From the NCBI GenBank assembly GCA_964639295.1, contig CAZXDT010000001.1, positions 117,068-181,067 on the forward strand: a stretch of DNA of 64,000 nucleotides, given 5' to 3'. The translations under genes and the position numbers were made by a program. This stretch comes from an uncultured Candidatus Saccharibacteria bacterium. Lineage in GTDB: Bacteria; Patescibacteriota; Saccharimonadia; Saccharimonadales; JALRHH01. This document shows positions 37,662 to 44,268 of the stretch, in pieces. Every line of letters starts with the position of its first letter. Positions within the stretch are counted from its first letter, which is position 1. The notes below the pieces were generated by a model. It ran no database searches, was not told where the DNA came from, and saw only the letters and a program-made list of their open reading frames with translations.

Positions 37662-37911
37662 TACAGACTTTTACAGATATAATTCAGTATAAATACTCTT
37701 GCTTAAATAAGCAGATTGTTTTATACTTGATAGGTTTTGTTGACGGTTTGAGAACATTTTTCTCACCTCCAAAATGCACATTTGACAAGTAGATTGAGCC
37801 GCACAAAGCGAGGCATCGGACCATGGGTGGAAATGGTTCGTTTTCTCGCTTTGTGCCACAGAAGAGCACGTCATTACGCATGATACCCGCGAGAGCAAGT
37901 TAGGAGCCGCC

Positions 37912-38214
37912 ATGTACCTTAAGCGACGCGATCGTGTACTCGTATACGGACCGTCGAACGCTCAGTTTGCACTTCTCGGTTTGAACATTGATCAAACCAG
38001 AGCAGAGCAACTGGAGCGTGTGATCAAGCAAAGATTCAGAGCTGAGATCACCAGTGTTTGGGTCAGTCCTGACGTCCCCGGACAGTTCAGTGTCATGATC
38101 AGTGAAGACAAGTCCCGCACACCCTCGAGCCACCTGCTCGAACGCGTGGCCCGCTTCACACAGTACGACATCGGCTGGAACCCCAATAACACCCAAGTTA
38201 TCACCCGACCCTGA
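37912..38214 (+). CDS. small GC-rich cassette protein (100 aa), unknown function
   Basis: AGGAG lies 7 nt upstream of the ATG. G/C-rich codons. The 193-aa antisense ORF 37900..38481 is judged a GC artefact. Confidence 0.55.
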   Translation: MYLKRRDRVLVYGPSNAQFALLGLNIDQTRAEQLERVIKQRFRAEITSVWVSPDVPGQFSVMISEDKSRTPSSHLLERVARFTQYDIGWNPNNTQVITRP

Positions 38215-38223
38215 AAGGCACAC

Positions 38224-38412
38224 ATGCTTCGACCTACGCGAGATGACAACGGTTACCCGGTCTACGAAGGACGACAGTACGTCGACCTGCACATCGCAAT
38301 CCACGGCTTCGACCCGACTCCTACGGCCCACAACACCACGCCCATCCGCTCTACCAGGAACAACAGTTCCAACGCTGGCCTGGTGAGCTGGTTCTTCGGC
38401 TTGTTCCTGTAG
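38224..38412 (+). CDS. small GC-rich cassette protein (62 aa) with a hydrophobic C-terminus
   Basis: Follows the previous ORF by 9 nt. Ends GLVSWFFGLFL. Same composition as the previous ORF. Confidence 0.4.
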   Translation: MLRPTRDDNGYPVYEGRQYVDLHIAIHGFDPTPTAHNTTPIRSTRNNSSNAGLVSWFFGLFL

Positions 38413-38510
38413 GGACACGCTGATTGCCAAGGGGGCGACCAATACCCACACGCTGCGTGTGTTGGTCGCCCTCGGCGCCACTCTTCAAACCCCGCTCTCT
38501 ACTTGTCAAA

Positions 38511-38577
38511 TTCACTATACGAATAGGGGACCACGCGTCCCGAGTCGTACTGATGAGTCGTAAACGACGAAAGTGAA
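38511..38577 (+). ncRNA. type III hammerhead ribozyme motif (HH2)
   Basis: TTCACT-A|TACGA-(ATAGGGGACCACGCGTCCCGAG)-TCGTA-CTGATGA-GTCG-TAAA-CGAC-GAA-AGTGAA. The cleavage site (CUA) lies after 38517. Stem I is capped by an inner GGGAC/GTCCC hairpin. Confidence 0.85.
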
Positions 38578-38591
38578 ACTGCAATCAATTG

Positions 38592-38833
38592 TTGCGTTGA
38601 AGGCTAAAGCCTTCACCACCTTCTTTTCTGTGCCGACAGAAAAGAAGCAAAAGAGGCTCGTGGCGACATCAAAACGAGATTACAAGTATAACCTGGCTAT
38701 TTGCGTATCGACAGAACGCAAGCGGCCCATTTTTTTATTTAGGATCAAAATGGGCATGCTGTCGGTTTGATTCGCAAATAGTCTGAATACTTGTATCTGT
38801 TTTGCTGAGCCACCCAACCACGCCCGGACGGTT
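38592..38833 (+). ncRNA. unclassified structured element, copy A1 (A-type middle domain)
   Basis: TTGCGT, HP1 TGAAGGC-TAAA-GCCTTCA, HP2 CTTCTTTTCTGT-GCCG-ACAGAAAAGAAG, then GAAGCAAAAGA. Internal helices covary with copy A2. The 3' motif is CCACGCCCGGACGGTT. Confidence 0.6.
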
Positions 38834-38861
38834 GAGGGGATTGTTAACAATATGGTATAAT
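38832..38861 (+). promoter_or_regulatory. probable promoter of the HH3 cassette (extended -10)
   Basis: TTGAGG-N18-TGgTATAAT. The -35 overlaps the 3' end of element A1. Confidence 0.55.
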
Positions 38862-38917
38862 ATATCTTAATCTACGGATATTTCCTCATGTATGTGGGGT
38901 GGCTCAACGCACGTTGA

Positions 38918-38949
38918 GTAACAGAGGTCTGGCTCTGATTCCATGACAC
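38918..38949 (+). promoter_or_regulatory. conserved 5' leader motif (paralogue of 22890-22921)
   Basis: GTAACAGAGGTCTGGCTCT-GATT-CCATGACAC. Confidence 0.55.
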
Positions 38950-38971
38950 CTATTAACAAGGAGGTGGACGT

Positions 38972-39415
38972 ATGTCCACTGCACAAGAAAAAATCGTTGT
39001 CCCTAAAAGACTGGAGATCTTCAAAGGTCCAGGGTTCGGTGAACTGAACGGACAACTGACAGACATCAGTCGTTCGGTTGCATTGGATGGGAAGCGATTT
39101 CCGTTCACGTTCCACGTGAGGCCTATTGATGTGCCGGATAAGGACGAGTTCACCCTTGAAGTGCTGCTTAGCGGGCTTGCTTCCGTGCACGGTGATGGCT
39201 ACTCGTACCGGTTTCCTTCATATGCTGAAAAAGAGCGTGAGTGGTACTTCCGCGGTGTTGTAGATAATTACGGAAGTGAGAGCAGTAACGCTGGGCTGTA
39301 CAAGAGCATCATGTTCGGCGGGGCTGATCCAGTGATCATCAAACAGTGCCGTGGTCGCTACGACACGCACAGCCGTAGTGGCTACATTGAGCCGGGAAGC
39401 TGGAAGTTCGAGTGA
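38972..39415 (+). CDS. small GC-rich cassette protein (147 aa), unknown function
   Basis: AAGGAGG lies 7 nt upstream of the ATG. The C-terminus CRGRYDTHSRSGYIEPGSW aligns with FEGYYSTRRRTGHLNITF of ORF 22524..22868. Confidence 0.6.
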   Translation: MSTAQEKIVVPKRLEIFKGPGFGELNGQLTDISRSVALDGKRFPFTFHVRPIDVPDKDEFTLEVLLSGLASVHGDGYSYRFPSYAEKEREWYFRGVVDNYGSESSNAGLYKSIMFGGADPVIIKQCRGRYDTHSRSGYIEPGSWKFE

Positions 39416-39476
39416 CGTGCCGGGAGGCGATGTTGATGCGTTCGCATCGCCTCCCGCAGTCCCTCCTTGTTAATAA

Positions 39477-39529
39477 TCACTTATACAAATGTGTATTTGT
39501 ACTGATGAGACCAAAAGGTCGAAAAGTGA
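39477..39529 (+). ncRNA. type III hammerhead ribozyme motif (HH3)
   Basis: TCACTT-A|TACAAAT-GTGT-ATTTGTA-CTGATGA-GACC-AAAA-GGTC-GAA-AAGTGA. Cleavage (UUA) occurs after 39483. Confidence 0.85.
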
Positions 39530-39535
39530 CAAAAC

Positions 39536-39759
39536 AAACCGTCTGAGCGTGGGGTGGGCATCGGCTTTGGCCCGAGGAGTGACTCAAAGAATCTGGGCGT
39601 TCTTAAAATATGGCTGTTTGAGGCCCCGAATGGCCGAGTTCCGCATTTTTAGGCCAGATTACTTGAGGTACTTCCCGGAGACAAAACGCAGCACATGGGT
39701 TTTTGCTTCTTTTGGGCTAAGCCAAAAGAAGGTGAGCAGGCATTCATGCCTGATCGCAA
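39536..39759 (-). ncRNA. unclassified structured element, copy B1 (B-type middle domain)
   Basis: Minus strand reads TTGCGA, HP1 CAGGCA-TGAA-TGCCTG, HP2 CTTCTTTTGG-CTTAGC-CCAAAAGAAG, GAAGCAAAAA, then a B-type core (CTGCGTTTTGTCTCCGGGA...GGAACTCG...CAAACAGCCA...) collinear with copy B2. Confidence 0.55.
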
Positions 39760-39789
39760 TCTAAGCTAAAAGGTATTAGAATAAGCTTT

Positions 39790-39963
39790 ATGAGTACAAA
39801 AACACTAATTTATATAGGTATTGCCGTAGGTGGGCTAATCGGGGGCTGGCTGGGTAGCATGTTGGACCATGGCAACCCATTTGGTGCCTGGGGCATAATA
39901 CTGGGCACTGTGGGCAGTTTTGCGGGCATTTGGGCCGGTTATAAGCTCGGGCAGGGTATTTGA
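39790..39963 (+). CDS. small glycine-zipper membrane protein (57 aa)
   Basis: Below the track cutoff. Manual translation gives MSTKTLIYIGIAVGGLIGGWLGSMLDHGNPFGAWGIILGTVGSFAGIWAGYKLGQGI. Confidence 0.45.
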   Translation: MSTKTLIYIGIAVGGLIGGWLGSMLDHGNPFGAWGIILGTVGSFAGIWAGYKLGQGI

Positions 39964-40051
39964 CCGTATTTGCATTCGTAATGGTTCTAGGCTACTCTAG
40001 GACGGTTTGCATATATAAGAACTAACCGTTCATAAGGTATACTTAAGCGTA

Positions 40052-42361
40052 ATGGCAAAAAACCTCGTTATTGTGGAGTCTCCGGCCAAGGCCAAGACGA
40101 TCGAAAAATATTTAGGTAAAGACTTTACTGTCAAAAGTAGTTTTGGCCATATTCGTGATCTCCCGAAAAAGGGCCTCAATATTGATATTGCTAACGATTT
40201 TGAGCCAACGTACGCGATTGCATTGGATAAGAAGAAGGTTGTAAGTGAGCTTAAAGCGGCCGCCAAAGGTGCTGAAGTCTGGCTCGCAAGCGATGAAGAC
40301 CGTGAAGGGGAGGCTATTGCGTGGCACTTGAGCGAGGCTCTGGGACTAGATGCCAAGAAGACCAAGCGTATCGTCTTCCACGAAATCACTAAAACTGCTA
40401 TTGAAGAAGCCGTTAAGAACCCCCGTGTTATTGACCAAAACTTGGTTGATGCCCAACAAGCCCGTCGTATTTTGGACCGACTCGTTGGTTATGAACTAAG
40501 TCCAGTACTCTGGAAAAAGGTCCGCCCAGGTCTATCTGCCGGCCGCGTGCAATCTGTTGCAGTACGTCTAATTGTAGAGCGTGAGCGTGATATCAAGGCG
40601 TTTGAGGCAGAGAGCAAGTACAAAGTTACCGCTACCTTTACTGTAGAAAAAACCGACCTACCTGCAGAGTTGAACACTCGTTTTGAAAGCTTAGAGCTCA
40701 GCCGTGAGTTCCTAGAAGCCAACAAGGGTGCTACCTACGCAGTAAGTGCAGTTGAACAGAGCCCTGGTGTCCGCAACCCTGGCGCACCATTTACCACGAG
40801 TACACTCCAGCAAGAAGCCTCTCGCCGCCTTGGTTACGGTGTAAAGCAGACCATGATGTTGGCCCAGCGCTTGTACGAAGCTGGTCTTATCACCTACATG
40901 CGTACTGACAGCACCACTTTGTCCGGATTTGCTATTAAGGCAGCTGAGGAACAGATCGTCAGCGCCTATGGCAAGGAATACCACAAAGTCCGCCAGTTCA
41001 AGACCAAGAACGAATCCGCCCAGGAAGCTCACGAAGCTATCCGCCCAACCAACTTTGCAACGCTTTCCGCTGGTGCAGACGCCCAGCAAACCAAGTTATA
41101 TGAACTTATCTGGCGCCGCGCCATAGCTAGCCAAATGGCTCCAGCAAGCATTGATAAAACTGAGATCAAGATTGCCATCAGCACCCGCAAAGAAACCTTT
41201 AGTGCCAAGGGTGAAGTACTTAAATTCGATGGTTTCCTCCGCGCCTACGGTGGCGGTAAAGACGATGTTATTCTACCTCCAGTTAAGGAAGGGCAGCCAC
41301 TTACTGCACAGGTCCTCAACGCATCGCAAGTCTTTAGCCGTCCACCGGCTCGCTATTCAGAAGCCAGCCTGGTCAAGGCACTCGAAGAAAACGGCATTGG
41401 CCGCCCGAGTACTTACGCACCGACTATCAGCACTATCCAGGCTAGGGAATATGTTATCAAGGCAGACCTTGAGGGCGTAGAACGCGAAGTTCAGACCCTA
41501 GAACTCAAAGACGGTGCAATTACAGAGGAAGTTAAGACAGAAACCACCGGCGCAGACCGCAACAAACTACTGCCAACAGCCCTCGCAGATGTCACAACTG
41601 ACTTCTTAGTTAAGAACTTCCCAACAGTGGTAGATTACGACTTTACAGCCCGCGTAGAAGGCGACTTTGATGGTGTAGCCGAAGGCAAAGAGACCTGGAA
41701 GCGCATGATCAAGGACTTCTACAAGGATTTTCACCCACTTATTGAACAATCCGACAGCATTAGCAGGGAAGAGTCCACTCAAACCCGCAAACTTGGCGAT
41801 GATCCTAAATCTGGTAAGCCAATCATGGCACGCTACGGTCGCTATGGCCCAATGCTCCAACGCGGCGAAACCGTACAAAAAGAGGGCGAAGAAGACGTAA
41901 AACCTGACTTTGCGCCAATGCCAGCAGATACAACTATAGAAAGTGTCACCTTTGAACAGGCACTTGAAATGTTCAAGTTGCCACGCCTTGTAGGTACGAC
42001 AGAGGACGGCAAAGACATCAAGGCTAACATTGGCCGTTTTGGTCCATATATCCAGGTAGAGAAGCTCTACGTGTCTATCAAGCCCCATGACCCTATGAAG
42101 ATTACCGAAGAAGAAGCCCGCGAATTGTATGCTGAAAAACTAGAGAAAGAAGCCAACAAAAACATCCAAATTTTTGAGAAATCAGGCATCAAAATCCTTA
42201 ATGGTCCGTATGGTCCGTATGTAACTGATGGCAAAAAGAACGCTCGTATTGCAAAAGACGTTGACCCTACCAAAATCACCGAAAAAGAAGCTAAGGAAAT
42301 GATTGCCAAAGCTCCTATCAAGAAAAAGAAGTTTGTCCGCCGAGCTGCCAAAAAAGCCTAA
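40052..42361 (+). CDS. topA: DNA topoisomerase I
   Basis: TOPRIM LVIVESPAKAKTIEKYLG, active-site ITYMRTDST, lysine-rich C-terminal repeats. Confidence 0.95.
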   Translation: MAKNLVIVESPAKAKTIEKYLGKDFTVKSSFGHIRDLPKKGLNIDIANDFEPTYAIALDKKKVVSELKAAAKGAEVWLASDEDREGEAIAWHLSEALGLDAKKTKRIVFHEITKTAIEEAVKNPRVIDQNLVDAQQARRILDRLVGYELSPVLWKKVRPGLSAGRVQSVAVRLIVERERDIKAFEAESKYKVTATFTVEKTDLPAELNTRFESLELSREFLEANKGATYAVSAVEQSPGVRNPGAPFTTSTLQQEASRRLGYGVKQTMMLAQRLYEAGLITYMRTDSTTLSGFAIKAAEEQIVSAYGKEYHKVRQFKTKNESAQEAHEAIRPTNFATLSAGADAQQTKLYELIWRRAIASQMAPASIDKTEIKIAISTRKETFSAKGEVLKFDGFLRAYGGGKDDVILPPVKEGQPLTAQVLNASQVFSRPPARYSEASLVKALEENGIGRPSTYAPTISTIQAREYVIKADLEGVEREVQTLELKDGAITEEVKTETTGADRNKLLPTALADVTTDFLVKNFPTVVDYDFTARVEGDFDGVAEGKETWKRMIKDFYKDFHPLIEQSDSISREESTQTRKLGDDPKSGKPIMARYGRYGPMLQRGETVQKEGEEDVKPDFAPMPADTTIESVTFEQALEMFKLPRLVGTTEDGKDIKANIGRFGPYIQVEKLYVSIKPHDPMKITEEEARELYAEKLEKEANKNIQIFEKSGIKILNGPYGPYVTDGKKNARIAKDVDPTKITEKEAKEMIAKAPIKKKKFVRRAAKKA

Positions 42362-42378
42362 TTACTTCTTACAGATCA

Positions 42379-42406
42379 TTGCTTATACTCATAAAAATGA
42401 TATAAT
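42379..42406 (+). promoter_or_regulatory. possible promoter of the HH4 cassette
   Basis: TTGCTT-N16-TATAAT. The GATATAATT context resembles 37676-37684 upstream of the HH2 cassette. Confidence 0.4.
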
Positions 42407-42554
42407 TATCACGTTTTGTTGATGCCCGTAAAGCGTCCAAACGTTATTTGACAAGTAGACAAGAAAGAAATGACAGAAGAGTCTAGCTTACTAGGTTGTT
42501 CTGTCATTTCTTCAAGAGAACACCCAACCCCTCCCAGTTAGGAAGCGTGAGTAC

Positions 42555-42890
42555 ATGAAGCACCGCATGACCGAGGTTGAAAAGAAAGTTGCTGATCTGG
42601 AATACCGGACCAGTATTACCTTCGACGAAGAGCAGAACGTATGGCGCCTTACCTGTGAGTCCGTCGATATCTCGACCCCCTCACATCCGAAAACGGGCAG
42701 AGTACCTCCCGAAGTCTTGTGTGACTTCAGAGAAGCTGTCGCCAAGACATACCGAGGACGTCTGCTTCGAGGACAGGTCATCACCGCCATAAGCCGCCGC
42801 TATGAAGAGGCCATCACGAAGTACAAACCCTTCATCAGACGACAAACCATGTTCGACGAGATGCGAGCGGTCGCTGGTCAGATCAGTTGA
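42555..42890 (+). CDS. small GC-rich cassette protein (111 aa), unknown function
   Basis: GGAAG precedes the ATG. The composition contrasts with flanking topA. Confidence 0.55.
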   Translation: MKHRMTEVEKKVADLEYRTSITFDEEQNVWRLTCESVDISTPSHPKTGRVPPEVLCDFREAVAKTYRGRLLRGQVITAISRRYEEAITKYKPFIRRQTMFDEMRAVAGQIS

Positions 42891-42974
42891 TCACGTAGAC
42901 GGGGGTGGGTGTGCACTCGAGTTGCTGCCTCTGGCCGCACTCCTGCGCATTCTCGCCCCCGTCTACTTGTCATA

Positions 42975-43031
42975 TCTTTACTATACGAATGCGTATTTGT
43001 ACTGATGAGATCAAAAGATCGAAAGTAAAGA
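42975..43031 (+). ncRNA. type III hammerhead ribozyme motif (HH4)
   Basis: TCTTTACT-A|TACGAAT-GCGT-ATTTGTA-CTGATGA-GATC-AAAA-GATC-GAA-AGTAAAGA. Stem III is 8 bp. Cleavage (CUA) occurs after 42983. Confidence 0.85.
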
Positions 43032-43222
43032 TAAACCTTATCCACAAGTTGAACACCTAGCAACATCATTTTGTTGTAATATTTCTATGCAATTATTGGG
43101 CAGGGAAGTCTATTTAGTGCTAGAATAAGTGCATAAGCGTGGATGTATTGACTTAAAAACAATATTGTTTTACAATAGTACCTAATTACTTGATATAACA
43201 GATTAACGTAAGGATTATAGTA

Positions 43223-44266
43223 ATGACCGAATCGGCCACTAAAACGCTCCCAGTAGAGAAGATCGTAAATGATGTTCTTGCAACCATCGACCGTGAACGC
43301 GAACGAGAAATTGTTTCTCGCCGCTATGGTTTGTTTGATCGCAAGGAAACACTGGAACAGATTGGTGAACTGTTAGGTATTACTCGTGAGCGCGTACGTC
43401 AGCTTGAAAAGGCTGTCGTAGCTCGTCTTAAGGCTCAGGCAGCTGCTGGCGAATTGCCACATGTTGCAGAGGTACAGGCTGACTTTGTCGCCGCAGTGAA
43501 CGAAATGGGCAAAGTTGCTCGTATTGCTGATCTCAGTGCCAAGTTTACTAAGGAAAACACTAAGATCGACCAAGCTCGTATCGCTTTCCTTGCACAACTC
43601 AGCCCAGAACTTGCTGTTATAGAAGACAACGACCACTTCCACCATGCTGTTGGTGTTGCAGTCCACCACGACGAAGCCAAGATCAAGAAGCTCGTCGATG
43701 GACTCATCGACTCTATCAAAAAGCATGGTGAACCTGCTGATATCAAGACTGTTGCTAGCAAAGCTGGTCACACCGACGAAAAGCACACAGAAGCCCTTGC
43801 AAGCGTTAGTAAGCACCTCGCAACCCTCAACGGTCGCTGGGGACTTATCAAGTGGCCTATGGTCAACCCCAAGAACATTCGTGACAAAATCTACGTTATC
43901 CTCAAGGAAAATGGCAAGCACATGCACTTTAACGAAATCTCTGAGGCCATCAAGGGCAGTGATTTCAAGCGCAAAGATGTTACTACTCAGGCAATCCACA
44001 ACGAATTGATCAAAGACAAGCGCTTTGTATTGATCGGCCGTGGTATCTACGCTCTAAAAGAATGGGGTTACAGCAAGGGAACCGTTGCTGACATCATTAG
44101 CGATGTACTCAAGAAGGCAGGGGAGCCTCTTCACCGTGACGAAATCGTCAAGCGCGTACTCAAGAGCCGCTACGTTAAAGAGACTACTATTCTCTTGAAC
44201 CTCCAAGGTAAAGACCAGTTCAAGCGCGTAGCAAAAGCTACCTACACCCTCGCCGACGCGGAGTAG
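43223..44266 (+). CDS. sigma-70 region-4-like HTH protein with C-terminal HARE-HTH-like domains
   Basis: ETLEQIGELLGITRERVRQLEKAVVARL (sigma region 4 pattern). MHFNEISEAIKG...IHNELIKDKRFVLIGRGIYALKEW resembles HARE-HTH. Confidence 0.55.
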   Translation: MTESATKTLPVEKIVNDVLATIDREREREIVSRRYGLFDRKETLEQIGELLGITRERVRQLEKAVVARLKAQAAAGELPHVAEVQADFVAAVNEMGKVARIADLSAKFTKENTKIDQARIAFLAQLSPELAVIEDNDHFHHAVGVAVHHDEAKIKKLVDGLIDSIKKHGEPADIKTVASKAGHTDEKHTEALASVSKHLATLNGRWGLIKWPMVNPKNIRDKIYVILKENGKHMHFNEISEAIKGSDFKRKDVTTQAIHNELIKDKRFVLIGRGIYALKEWGYSKGTVADIISDVLKKAGEPLHRDEIVKRVLKSRYVKETTILLNLQGKDQFKRVAKATYTLADAE

Positions 44267-44268
44267 AT

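Noticed and set aside
37900-38481. 193-aa minus-strand ORF spanning the whole HH2 cassette. Similar long antisense or alternative-frame ORFs occur at 25778..26041, 25944..26213, 26042..26368, 28286..28675 and 31500..32036.
   Set aside because: These are typical stop-codon-poor artefacts of GC-rich or repeat-rich DNA. They lack an SD. The sense-strand ORFs have SDs, plausible codon periodicity and sit correctly relative to promoters, leaders and ribozymes.
38592-38833. Considered whether the A/B elements are simple terminal inverted repeats of a DDE-type MITE, or group II intron or retron ncRNA fragments.
   Set aside because: Only about 75 nt at the outer end and about 16 nt at the inner end are shared between the A and B types. 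The differences are compensatory within helices rather than random. No GUGYG/domain V features and no reverse transcriptase gene are present. Mobility is still not excluded and is kept as a hypothesis in the findings.
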